From NCBI GenBank assembly GCA_965222115.1, contig CBDCTJ010000001.1, positions 32,001-96,000 of the forward strand: 64,000 nt of DNA. The letters run 5' to 3'. The translations under genes were made by a program, and so were the position numbers. Numbering within the stretch: position 1 is the stretch's first letter; each line of letters starts with the position of its first letter. The notes under the pieces were generated by a model. The model was not told the DNA's origin, searched no databases, and saw nothing but the letters and a program-made list of their open reading frames with translations. Shown here piece by piece: positions 47,580 through 57,161 of this stretch. Source of the DNA: Planctomycetota bacterium (GTDB lineage Bacteria; Planctomycetota; PLA2; JAEUHO01).

Positions 47580-48725
47580 CTACGCCTCAGGTAGCTCGGG
47601 ATAGTTGACGCAGATGTCCAACACGCGGTCGAGCGCGGTCGCCCATCGCTGGCGACGCGCAACGTAGCGCGCATCATCGGCCGTTACGGCTCGTAGCGCG
47701 TCATCGGCAAGCACGCCCATGGCAAAGGCGATTTGCTCGGGGTCCCCGGGCGTCTCCACCACGATCCCGCCACGTTGTCCCATGACATCGCGCACACCAT
47801 TCATCGGCGTCGTGATCACGGGTATGCCCATGCTAAGTGCTTCAAGACAGACCAAGCTACATGGATCAAACCACGTGGGATGCAAGAGCAGATCGGCGGC
47901 GGCATACATCGGACACAGATCATCCACCTCGCCCATCATGTGTACGCGCTCCCCCACACCCAGACTTCGAACAAGTTTACGCGTGGCGCGGCGGGGCAGT
48001 TGCCCCGCCATGATGAGATGTACAGGGCGACTGAAATCGCGCACACGCGGTTCCACCAATGTGCGAAGCGCCGTATGGGCTCCCTTGAGCGTCCAGTTGG
48101 AAGCGACAAAGAGCGCGATAATCGCATCGTCGATGCCCAACGATGTTCGCAGGGCTTTCCCTGAATCCGCATGATGCTCTGGATCAAAGTGGTCGCTGTC
48201 TACGCCATTGACCACGCAACGCGCTCGCTCCTTGAGCGCCGGATAGATCCCCACCATGCGCGTGAGTAGCATGGGCGAAACCGCAATCACCGACGGGCCC
48301 GTCGCACCGGCGAGCATGGCTTGCTCCGCCTCAACGAAGAACGCCTCCTTGCGACTTCCGCGCGCGGTTTGTGATACACCGTGTTCGCCTGCCAATGACT
48401 TGAGCTTGGCGTCGCGCGCATCCAGCACCAAGCCTCCATGAGGCATGAACACGTCGGCGCGAAGTGCATGGCGAATGGCAAAGACCACATCACAGTCCGC
48501 CGCCTTGAGTGCGGCGTGGCCATCCAACGCAAAGCATCGATCGCGCGCAGGTCGTCGCCGCGGCGCGCGAATCGTGACCGTCTCGATATCGCGCGGCCCG
48601 CCTCGATCGAGCGTTGCCAAACACACGTCCACATCGCGTTCCTTCGCTCGTCGCATGAGCGCAAGCGTGTGTCGCTCGGCGCCGCCCGCGCGACGCCAGC
48701 CATCGAGCAGTACACCGAGCTTCAC
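47580..48725 (-). CDS. Glycosyltransferase family 4 (WaaG/RfaG-like)
   Basis: GGAERH, NGVD..F, LKG, YAAADLLLHPTWFDPCSLVCLEALSMGIPVIT. Confidence 0.9.
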   Translation of the reverse strand: MKLGVLLDGWRRAGGAERHTLALMRRAKERDVDVCLATLDRGGPRDIETVTIRAPRRRPARDRCFALDGHAALKAADCDVVFAIRHALRADVFMPHGGLVLDARDAKLKSLAGEHGVSQTARGSRKEAFFVEAEQAMLAGATGPSVIAVSPMLLTRMVGIYPALKERARCVVNGVDSDHFDPEHHADSGKALRTSLGIDDAIIALFVASNWTLKGAHTALRTLVEPRVRDFSRPVHLIMAGQLPRRATRKLVRSLGVGERVHMMGEVDDLCPMYAAADLLLHPTWFDPCSLVCLEALSMGIPVITTPMNGVRDVMGQRGGIVVETPGDPEQIAFAMGVLADDALRAVTADDARYVARRQRWATALDRVLDICVNYPELPEA

Positions 48726-49546
48726 GGCGATGAGCCGTCCTTTGACGTGGGCCGCGCCGCATCCCCCACCGGCGTTTTGGGCACGTGCGCTCGTATGCGT
48801 TCAGCCTTGGCTTCGACTTTCTGGAGCAAGAGCGCGCCATACGCATCGATGCTCAAATGGCGATACGTCATATACGACGAGAGAAACCGTAGTCGATTGG
48901 TGCGCCGCACACCGGCGTCCAGGGCACTGGCAAGCAGCGCCGCGAGGTCCTTCACCACGTAGCGACCCATCGCGCCCTTATGTTCCCCATAGCGCTCCCA
49001 ATCAATGATCGTTGGCTCGGGATGGTCCTGATGCGGGTCAACATATATGTGATTGAGGTAGAGATCGCGATGATGTAATCCGGCGTTATGCAATGCGGCA
49101 GCCGCACGCGCCAAGTGAAAGAGCGTGGCACGTCGTTGCGACCGATTCAAACGACGTTCGCGTACAAGTTGGTCGAGCGGAACGCCAGCTTCAACGGCGC
49201 GGGTCATGGTCAATGCACCCAGTTTCTTGTCCACGCCGCTGCACACAAGCGTGGGCACACGTACACCGACGCGCCTTGCCGCGTGAATTCCTTCGGCTTC
49301 CAATGCGGTTCCGGGTGCCTTGGATCGAAACAAACCCCGTTGCGGCTTGCGAAGTTTTAGATGCAGCGTGAGGCGAGTTCCGTCCGGGAGTGAAGCTTCG
49401 CACTCGTAATTTGCGCGGTCATCAATATCGCGAATGCATGAAGACGACGCGATGAGTTCCGCCATGGACGAGATCGTGGGAGCCAATGCTGCTTGCACCG
49501 CTTCGTCATACCAGGTGAGATCGCCGGTTCGTTGTGTGGGGCTCAT
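48722..49546 (-). CDS. Lipopolysaccharide core kinase (WaaP/InaA/Kdo kinase family)
   Basis: HLK, LHNAGLHHRDLYLNHI, IIDWER, KDLAAL. Confidence 0.88.
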   Translation of the reverse strand: MSPTQRTGDLTWYDEAVQAALAPTISSMAELIASSSCIRDIDDRANYECEASLPDGTRLTLHLKLRKPQRGLFRSKAPGTALEAEGIHAARRVGVRVPTLVCSGVDKKLGALTMTRAVEAGVPLDQLVRERRLNRSQRRATLFHLARAAAALHNAGLHHRDLYLNHIYVDPHQDHPEPTIIDWERYGEHKGAMGRYVVKDLAALLASALDAGVRRTNRLRFLSSYMTYRHLSIDAYGALLLQKVEAKAERIRAHVPKTPVGDAARPTSKDGSSP

Positions 49547-50871
49547 GCGGTCCCCTCGGCACGGGCGCGATTGGCGTCGAGTTGCTTCTTGAGTGCAGGG
49601 GGTTGAAACGATCCGCGCTCGCGCAGTCGATCCATGCGCTTACGTACGTTTCGAATCCAGGGGCGCGCCGACTTCAAACTTCCTCCGAGGTAGCCGCGCA
49701 AGATGCCGCGCCGAAACGCAGGACATGCCAAAGCTTCAATCGATAGTGCGAGCGGCGCGAGGCCCTTCACGGCCTGCCTTCGTGACACGCGGGGAGCACC
49801 ACGTTCGAGCCGCATGAGGTCAATCGTCGAAAACGATGGCGGTAAACGCGAGTCATCGTCGTCCACAAAGATGTGCCATGCTTGAAGATCGCGGGGGAAT
49901 AGACGCGCCGTATGAAGTCCGCGAATGTATCGACCCAGGCCGCGTGCTACACGCGCGCCATGCACGCCTTCTCCGCCGTTTGACTTGTGGAGCCAAACGT
50001 CGAGGGCCGTGCCGGGAGCCGCTTCGGTCACTAGCGCACCCATACGCTTTCCATTCGAGACGCCTTCGAAGCAAAGCCACGGTTTGGGCGCACCAAAGCC
50101 TGCGGCGCGCACAGCCAATGTGTGCTGGAACTCCATCAGCGGGCTTCGACGTCGGTCAAGCGGTCGCGTTCGTTTGAGATACACAACCGTGCTCTCAAGC
50201 GTTAGGCGATGCACAACGCGGCGGCCCTCGCCTTCGACGTGCTCACCGTCTTCGGTCTCGGCCCAGCGATCCCACGACGCCCACCCCGTTCGCGCGAGCA
50301 CAGGAAGTGCATCATCATGAACATAAGCGGTCCAAGTCCCCGAGGAACGATCCAGGATGCGGTCGTGCTGTGTGGTGGGTCGTACGGGGAGTGCAAGCGC
50401 TGTCGATGAATGTCGCTTTTCATCGCCAACGAACACCATAGCGATCCCCAACCGCGCATTGGTTTGGCGCTCGGGCAGCGTGGCCAAGTTGTAGTCCTTC
50501 CCTTTTGCATGCACATCGGGCCGGAGTTCGTCGAGGAGCGCATCTACCGTGGCATCGTCGAACACAAACGCGGCGCTCACGGCGCCAAGCGATGCCACAA
50601 CTTCAACGCGCTCATGGGCCGGCACCTGGGGTCGCCCCGCCCCTCGCGTACGTCGCACGTGGGCATCACCGTTAACGGCCACCAACAGTACGTCACCGTG
50701 CTTGGCCGCGTCGTTCAACATGCGCACATGACCCACATGCAAGAGATCAAACACGCCATTGGTCAACACAATGCGCTTGCCCGCCGCACGTTGTGCACGC
50801 GTCCACGCGCTCACCGTTGCCCGCCTCAAAACGACACCCGTTGACGCAGACGTTGCACTCGGTTCATTCAT
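49543..50871 (-). CDS. Fusion of an RfaE domain II (HldC-like) adenylyltransferase and an LPS kinase-like domain
   Basis: N-half NGVFDLLHVGH..KGKDY..HSST; C-half YLKR..LHTARLFPRDL..HIF..IDL in one reading frame. Confidence 0.8.
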   Translation of the reverse strand: MNEPSATSASTGVVLRRATVSAWTRAQRAAGKRIVLTNGVFDLLHVGHVRMLNDAAKHGDVLLVAVNGDAHVRRTRGAGRPQVPAHERVEVVASLGAVSAAFVFDDATVDALLDELRPDVHAKGKDYNLATLPERQTNARLGIAMVFVGDEKRHSSTALALPVRPTTQHDRILDRSSGTWTAYVHDDALPVLARTGWASWDRWAETEDGEHVEGEGRRVVHRLTLESTVVYLKRTRPLDRRRSPLMEFQHTLAVRAAGFGAPKPWLCFEGVSNGKRMGALVTEAAPGTALDVWLHKSNGGEGVHGARVARGLGRYIRGLHTARLFPRDLQAWHIFVDDDDSRLPPSFSTIDLMRLERGAPRVSRRQAVKGLAPLALSIEALACPAFRRGILRGYLGGSLKSARPWIRNVRKRMDRLRERGSFQPPALKKQLDANRARAEGTA

Positions 50872-51515
50872 GGGGTGATGGGCTCCCCGGGCGACGTGGG
50901 AAGGGCAATGCCATCTTCCTTGAGTATAAACAGGGACGCTTCACGCATATCGCGTGCGACAAAGTCAGGATCAAAGGGCCCGCCCACGGGCAGGGGCCAC
51001 TTGTCGCGTGCCGCCGCAAGCAACACCGCACGCGTTCCGGCTCGCTTACCTGCAACGACATCGCGCTCGCCGTCGCCAATGGACCATGACTGTGAAAGAT
51101 CAATGCCATGCTCCTTGGCCGCTACGCGCCACATGCCATCCCCCGGCTTTCGATTTGGATGATCGGTGCAATACGGCGGCACCGTTCCATCGGGATGGTA
51201 GGGACAGTAGTAGGTTGCCAAGAGGGACACACCGAGTTCCTTAAGGGCCAACACAACACGAGCGGCCACCTGTTCGTAGCGTGCCACCGAGTACTTGCCA
51301 CGCGCAATGCCACTTTGGTTGGTCACAATGACCAAGTCATAACCAGCAGCCGTAAAGGCACGCAACGCTTCGACAACGCCGGGTAATAACAGGACACCAT
51401 CGGGATCATCGAGATAGCCGGGATCGTGAATGAGTGTCCCGTCGCGGTCCAGAAAGATGGCGCGCCGCACGGTCGATCCCTCTGTAGCAGCCGTGTCATC
51501 ACTAGCGGGATCCAA
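50868..51515 (-). CDS. gmhB: D-glycero-D-manno-heptose 1,7-bisphosphate phosphatase
   Basis: FLDRDGTL, VTNQSGIARG, CPYHP, RKP, IGD; next to hldE. Confidence 0.9.
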   Translation of the reverse strand: MDPASDDTAATEGSTVRRAIFLDRDGTLIHDPGYLDDPDGVLLLPGVVEALRAFTAAGYDLVIVTNQSGIARGKYSVARYEQVAARVVLALKELGVSLLATYYCPYHPDGTVPPYCTDHPNRKPGDGMWRVAAKEHGIDLSQSWSIGDGERDVVAGKRAGTRAVLLAAARDKWPLPVGGPFDPDFVARDMREASLFILKEDGIALPTSPGEPITP

Positions 51516-51524
51516 CGTGACCTC

Positions 51525-53021
51525 CTACGACGACGGACGAGCCTGATTGCCAATACGTTCGATCGTGCTTGTCGTGCTGCGACCGTCAAGCAGTTCAATC
51601 AACGCAACGCGTCCGCCGTAGGCTTCCACAACATCGCGTCCAACGACTCCTTTATCTTTCCAGTCCATGCCCTTGACAAGCACGTGTGGCTTCAGGGAAC
51701 GAATCAGCTCAAGCGGATCGTCTTCATCGAAGAGCACGACATGCGTAACCGCCGCAAGGCCAAGTAACACTGCCGCGCGATCGTCCTGCGCATTGACAGG
51801 GCGCGTCGGCCCCTTCAATGCGCGCACGCTGCGGTCAGTATTGAGGCCAACAACCAACACGTCACCCATGGCGCGCGCCTTGGCAAGGTAGTGAACGTGG
51901 CCAGCATGAAGAATATCGAAGCAGCCGTTAGTAAAAATGACGATTCGGCCATCATCGCGGTACTGCTGACAAAGCGATACGGCCACATCGTGCGCGGTCG
52001 CCGAGAGCCCCGCCATGCCTTCGCGCGCGGCCATCACGGCCAACCGCTTGGCAATGTCGGAGCGCGTAATGGGCACAACGCCGGCGTGTTCCACTTCGAT
52101 ACCCGCGGCTACGTTGGCAAGTGCGGCAGCGTCGTGCGGCGATGCGCCACCGGCCAGCGCAGTCCCCAACACGGCCAACACCACGTCACCGGCACCCGTC
52201 ACGTCAAAGACCTCACGAGGTTCGGTGGGCATGTGCGTTGCACGACGTTTGTCGCCTGATTCGGCGAAGACCATGCCATCGCGGTCGATCGTGGCCAACA
52301 CGAACGACACATCGAGTTCGTTCGCAAGGGACGATGCTGCGGTGCCCACCTCATCCGTCGTCAACGTCGGTAATCCCGTGGCTCGACGAAGCTCGTGGCG
52401 ATTGGGTGTGATCGCAGTCGCGCCGCGATAACGCTCAAAGTCGGTCGCTTTGTAGGGGTCCACGATCACGGGCGTGTTGGCGGATCGAGCGGATTGAATC
52501 ACGTACGCAAGTAGCGATTCGCTGAGAAGCCCCTTCCCGTAGTCGTTGATCAACACGACATCGCAATGTTCAAGCACCAGATTGACACGCTGCTTGAGCG
52601 CGTCTTCGGTTGGCTCTCGAACGGCATCCGTGGACTCTCGATCCACGCGCAACACCTGTTGGGCGTTCGCTGGACTTGTGGCGACATGCCTCGTCTTCGT
52701 GCTTGTCTCACGACCCGCCTCGACCACGACGTCCAACGTAATCTCGAGCTCGCGTGCCAGCGACTGCACCCGCACGCCCGCGTCGTCATCTCCAACGACC
52801 GCAATCATCGTCACCGATGCGCTAAGCACCCGCGCCACATGTGCGCTGAATCCGGCACCGCCCAGGCGCTCGTTTTCTTTGGTTACGCGTAAGATTTGAA
52901 TCGGTGCCTCGGGACTGATCCGATCCACGGTGCCGTGGCAATAGCGATCGAGGATGAGGTCCCCGATGACAAGCACGCGGGGGGATGACCACGCGGTGAG
53001 CACGGATTGCAGCGCGTTCAT
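51525..53021 (-). CDS. hldE: Bifunctional heptose 7-phosphate kinase / heptose 1-phosphate adenylyltransferase
   Basis: GDLILD..RISPEAP, DYGKG, TPN, DVTGAGD, then FTNGCFDILHAGH, KGPTRP, STTS. Confidence 0.95.
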   Translation of the reverse strand: MNALQSVLTAWSSPRVLVIGDLILDRYCHGTVDRISPEAPIQILRVTKENERLGGAGFSAHVARVLSASVTMIAVVGDDDAGVRVQSLARELEITLDVVVEAGRETSTKTRHVATSPANAQQVLRVDRESTDAVREPTEDALKQRVNLVLEHCDVVLINDYGKGLLSESLLAYVIQSARSANTPVIVDPYKATDFERYRGATAITPNRHELRRATGLPTLTTDEVGTAASSLANELDVSFVLATIDRDGMVFAESGDKRRATHMPTEPREVFDVTGAGDVVLAVLGTALAGGASPHDAAALANVAAGIEVEHAGVVPITRSDIAKRLAVMAAREGMAGLSATAHDVAVSLCQQYRDDGRIVIFTNGCFDILHAGHVHYLAKARAMGDVLVVGLNTDRSVRALKGPTRPVNAQDDRAAVLLGLAAVTHVVLFDEDDPLELIRSLKPHVLVKGMDWKDKGVVGRDVVEAYGGRVALIELLDGRSTTSTIERIGNQARPSS

Positions 53022-53992
53022 GAGACCGGCCCTTGATCAAGCGCATGCAAAATGGCCATACGCAGAAGCGGCACCATGATTTCGTGATGGCCCGCGAGGT
53101 CATACCCACGCACTGCAGGTCGCCGCAACACATTCGTCGTCGTTCGGTAGTGGCGTTGCATGTCGAGGTTGCCCGTCACGATGCGGAGACGCGCGCCATC
53201 GCGTCCATGGTGGGCCATGGCAACGGCTTTCAAGAAAACCTCCGGTAACACAACCGCGCTGCCCACATTGAGATAAACGCCTTGATCAAGACCACGCACC
53301 ATGGTGACCAAACGCAAGAAGTCGTGATGACTTGCAGCGCCAACGTGCTCACCTTTGCATGCGGGATGCATGTGTACGGTGTCGGTTCCAATGCCCACAT
53401 GAACGGTCACCGGCAGATCGGCGGCGGCGGCGTAACAAAGTAGCGAGGCGTCGGCGTGTGGTGGTGACATCGCTGCAAGGGAACGGCTAAGGGCGGTGCC
53501 CAAACCAATGGACTCAGCGCATGCCCGCGCCGCCGCATCGGCAAACACGTGTTCCCGTTTCGTCTGCGCTTCCGTACGTTCCGTTGAACAGCCCCGCCTC
53601 AACATCTTCGGACGTGCTTCCCGCAAGGGCACATTCGACATCGTGAATGGCCGCGGCGCCGTTCATGACGAAGCCGTGCACAATGCCACGTCGCGCAAGA
53701 TCCATCCAAAGCGGTGCGAGCCCCACCTTGATGACGTGACCGCCGAGTCCCACAAGCACGAGACAATCGCCTTGCACCGACGTGGCAATGGCGGCGGCCA
53801 GCCCACGCAACGATTCCGTCCCAAGAAACGCGGGCAGACTTTCGAGGAAGCGCGCCACGCTCGGCATCTAGGCGGAACTACCTTGGCAAAGCGGTCGATG
53901 CCGGCCTTGTGACCACGCCCGGCGAGCGGCGCAACCGAAAACCCAGATGGATCGGCCGGAGGCATCGGTTCGTTGGGAGCATCGGGGGCCAT
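53018..53992 (-). pseudogene. Deoxyhypusine-synthase-like conserved protein broken by two frameshifts (pseudogene or sequencing indels)
   Basis: Three ORFs join into one protein: MAPD..RFAK / FLESLP..GGHVIKVGL..MNGAAAIHD..TSEDV..ETG / ..IGTDTVH..NVGSAVVLPEVFLKA..HYR..GHHE; shifts near 53868 and 53552. Confidence 0.75.
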
Positions 53993-54092
53993 GACGCAGC
54001 GATGCTACCGCGGTTGCCGGGGAACCTTCATGAAGCGCGCGTTGTTGGCGGCGAACCAGGCGCGCGGCCTGCGGAACCGTGGAACGTCCGGA

Positions 54093-55100
54093 TTAGGAAC
54101 CGGACCCGCGGTCGCTGTTTCGTCGAATGCGGTCGGCGAGTGCGGCACCGGTCGTGAGGGCGCCATCTGAACGCGTGGGTGCCGTCGCAATCACGCGGCC
54201 CGACGAGGCCACGGCTTCCTTAGGTTCACGAACATCGGGTTGGGCCGGCATGTCCATGGCATCGAGCGGTGGAAGTTGATCGGCGGCACGCGAGAGTTCC
54301 TCGTGTCCCGAGAGTCGTTTCACGGGATTGCGCGCTCTTGTCTTCCAGATCAGCGAAAGGAATACGAGCAGCACCAAACCCAGGGCACCAAAGAGCAAAT
54401 GGAAGAGGTGCTGCTCAAGGAACGGAATGTTGCCCGTATTCGAGACCACTCGCATCGTCCCCGTGACACCCGACCAAAGTGACTCGTAGTCATCCAGTTC
54501 ACTTTGCGGCACATCCAGCGTCATTAAGATAAACGTGCGATCTTTCGCGGTAATGGCCAGACGAAGGTGACGAGACGGATCACCGGCTTTGACGTTTTGG
54601 TAGCTCATGTCGCTGACGAGGCCCACCATGTCGCTGTTGATCTGGCGACGCGTGCAGCGATGCAACGCGAGCGAAGGCAGATCATGAAGAGACGACTCGA
54701 TACGTCGGAGTACGTCCCGGTTGGGCTGACTGCGAATGACATCGTCGCCGCGCGTGTCGGCCAACTCCCACGTACAAATCGTGATGGATGCACTGGGCTT
54801 GTTCTTGGCATCGAGTCGCGCATACATCTGCGCATCTTGCTCTCCAACGAGCAACACATCGAGGGCCGCTGCAATCTTGGCCGCGCGCTCGCGCGCCTCG
54901 GCACGGTCGTTGAGCGGAGCTTGGACGTACCCGCGCGGCACCACATAGCGCAGACGAGCGCCGTCCACACGCTGAATCGCGTGTGCCGCGAGGGGAAGGA
55001 GCAAAACGCACCCAACAAACAGTGCGAAGGCGATGAGACGAGGCGTGCGCACGATCAGAGCTCTCCGAAAATGAAGGACCGTGTTCACCCTTTCGGACAT
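54093..55100 (-). CDS. Exported hypothetical protein with C-terminal TM anchor (one PsbP-like unit)
   Basis: Signal ending AHA; LRYVVPRGY start and LWSGVTGTMRVV end; TM LFHLLFGALGLVLLVFLSLIW. Confidence 0.65.
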   Translation of the reverse strand: MSERVNTVLHFRRALIVRTPRLIAFALFVGCVLLLPLAAHAIQRVDGARLRYVVPRGYVQAPLNDRAEARERAAKIAAALDVLLVGEQDAQMYARLDAKNKPSASITICTWELADTRGDDVIRSQPNRDVLRRIESSLHDLPSLALHRCTRRQINSDMVGLVSDMSYQNVKAGDPSRHLRLAITAKDRTFILMTLDVPQSELDDYESLWSGVTGTMRVVSNTGNIPFLEQHLFHLLFGALGLVLLVFLSLIWKTRARNPVKRLSGHEELSRAADQLPPLDAMDMPAQPDVREPKEAVASSGRVIATAPTRSDGALTTGAALADRIRRNSDRGSGS

Positions 55101-55198
55101 GAGCGCTGCGAACAGTGAGTTGCAATCGTCAGAATTCGCCGCTGGCGCCCATGCGTTTTGGAGACGTGGTGATGGACGCAAGTTTTGATTGTATTTTG

Positions 55199-56185
55199 TT
55201 AGCTAATTGCAGCATCGGAGAATTGCGGCCTCGCCGGCACGACACCTGGGAACCGCGCATACGCAGGCTCACGTGGACCAGGAACGGCATTGGGCGGGCG
55301 GGTCTTAAAGCGTCGATGGCACCAGTTGTATTGCGAGGGATTCCTACGAATGAGGGTCTCGAGGGCCGTGTTCATCGCCGCCAGGAATCGTTGTACGGAT
55401 GCATCGGATTCCTCTGACAAATCCACTTCTAGCCGCTTGGCGATGTATTCGAATTGGGTGGGATTGACGCGAGAACGCTCGTTGACCACCACGTACACGG
55501 GTACCCGGTACCGAAACGCCAGCGTCGCTGGCGTCGTGAACGTGCACGCAGGAATTCCAAAGAAGGGCGCAAAGATGCCGTGTTTCCCAGCATTTTGATC
55601 CGCCAAGATAATGACCCACTCACGCTGTTTAAGGGCACGGACGGCGCCTCGCATCGCCCCCCTTTTGGCAATGACGGAAGACGCCCCCCCACGCTGCTTA
55701 ATCGCCAGCTCATTGATGACCGGGTTTTCTAGCGTACGCATGATCGCACGGTACGGCACGCCCACTCGTCCCAACCAGCGCGCGCCCAGTTCCCAGGAAC
55801 CGTGGTGCGCAGAAACGAGCACACCGCCCCGTCCAGCACGAACATCCTTCAGAATCTCGGGCCAATCACCCATGACAACCGCTCGTCGTCGGTAGGCCCC
55901 GGCCGATCCGATCAGACGCTCGCCGATCACCGATTCGGCCGCTGCACGTGCCAAGGAGCCAAAGGAGCGTCGCGCCATCTGTATGCGTTCCGTCTCGGAA
56001 CACTCCGGAAACGCTAGGCGGAGGTTTTCTAGCGCAATCTCACGGCGATCACGATGAAGCCGAAACCAAAGCCCCCCACAGCGACCGGCCCAAGCCAACA
56101 TGCGCTCGGGCGGGATCGCATGAATTGCGGTGTGCAAGAGGCGCATGGCGCCTTGTATGAGATACTGCTTCGCCGTCCGGAGCAT
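55199..56185 (-). CDS. Lipid A late acyltransferase (LpxL/HtrB family)
   Basis: NLRLAFP, SAHHGSWE, LADQ, PFFG, PSQYNWCHRRFKTRP. Confidence 0.9.
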   Translation of the reverse strand: MLRTAKQYLIQGAMRLLHTAIHAIPPERMLAWAGRCGGLWFRLHRDRREIALENLRLAFPECSETERIQMARRSFGSLARAAAESVIGERLIGSAGAYRRRAVVMGDWPEILKDVRAGRGGVLVSAHHGSWELGARWLGRVGVPYRAIMRTLENPVINELAIKQRGGASSVIAKRGAMRGAVRALKQREWVIILADQNAGKHGIFAPFFGIPACTFTTPATLAFRYRVPVYVVVNERSRVNPTQFEYIAKRLEVDLSEESDASVQRFLAAMNTALETLIRRNPSQYNWCHRRFKTRPPNAVPGPREPAYARFPGVVPARPQFSDAAIS

Positions 56186-56285
56186 TGGCAGAGCATACGC
56201 CCGAAACCGCGTCCGGCATCGGGCTAGCCCGGAAACGTCGATCAATAATCCGAGCCCTTCCATTGCCCAACACGAGGAGTCGACC

Positions 56286-56558
56286 ATGACTGGCAAAGCG
56301 CCCGGCGAGGAACCGGAACTAGAGGTCTACGACCGCCCGGAGATGCCCTGGGAGCGCGAGGCCGAATCAAAAGGCGGCGGCTCCAAGATGGCAACCGCCG
56401 GGCTTGAGTTTGCACTCTTGGTGGTCGTGTTTTTCGGCGGAGGTTGGTGGCTCGACCAGCATTTCGGCACCGAACCCTGGCTCTTTATCGGCCTCGGAAT
56501 GCTCGGCGTGGCCGTGGGCATGTGGCGTTTGATCTCGCGGGCCAATCGGGGGTCGTAA
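56286..56558 (+). CDS. AtpZ/AtpI family two-TM protein (ATP synthase operon gene 1)
   Basis: GAGGAG RBS; GGWWLDQHFGTEPW motif. Confidence 0.85.
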   Translation: MTGKAPGEEPELEVYDRPEMPWEREAESKGGGSKMATAGLEFALLVVVFFGGGWWLDQHFGTEPWLFIGLGMLGVAVGMWRLISRANRGS

Positions 56559-56729
56559 CGCGCCCTCGTTTAGCCGCCCGACCGCACCAAAATTGTCACG
56601 TTTTCACGCCTGACCGCTCCTTGCGATTTCGCCCGGGCGTGTTTCCCTTGCGGCCAGTTTGTCCGTGGAATTCGATTCAAAAACGACGCCGTCGTTGCCA
56701 GCGGAATCGGACCCGGACGTGAGACCTCC

Positions 56730-57161
56730 ATGGCCTTTGCCCTTCGCGCATTTCTGACCGCCCTTGCAAGCCTAGGTGTGCTTGCTTATCCAGCGTGGTT
56801 ATGGGGCAAGCAGGATGGTGTCTTGGCACTTGGCGTTGCGATTGCCGTGTGTTTCGTGGGTGCACTTGTAGGTCACCTTCCGCACCATTTCTTTCGCGGC
56901 CGAGATGAAGATGTCGCAAACGCAACGATGGCGGGCTTTGGGTTGCGCATGCTTACCACAGGTGCGATTGCATTTGCCATCGCGTCCATGTCGTCCCTAC
57001 CACGCACGCAGTTCATGATCTGGGTCGCGGTCGTGTACCTCGTCTTCTTGGTACTTGAAGTCATGGTGATGACGCGACAGTTGAGCGCACGCGAAAACAC
57101 AGCAGCCACTAGCGAGTCTACGGTGCCCGTTTCCCGCGGGTCGGGAGAGCAGTCCGCATGA
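56730..57161 (+). CDS. atpI: ATP synthase subunit I-like four-TM protein
   Basis: Four hydrophobic helices, GLRM motif, overlaps atpB. Confidence 0.65.
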   Translation: MAFALRAFLTALASLGVLAYPAWLWGKQDGVLALGVAIAVCFVGALVGHLPHHFFRGRDEDVANATMAGFGLRMLTTGAIAFAIASMSSLPRTQFMIWVAVVYLVFLVLEVMVMTRQLSARENTAATSESTVPVSRGSGEQSA

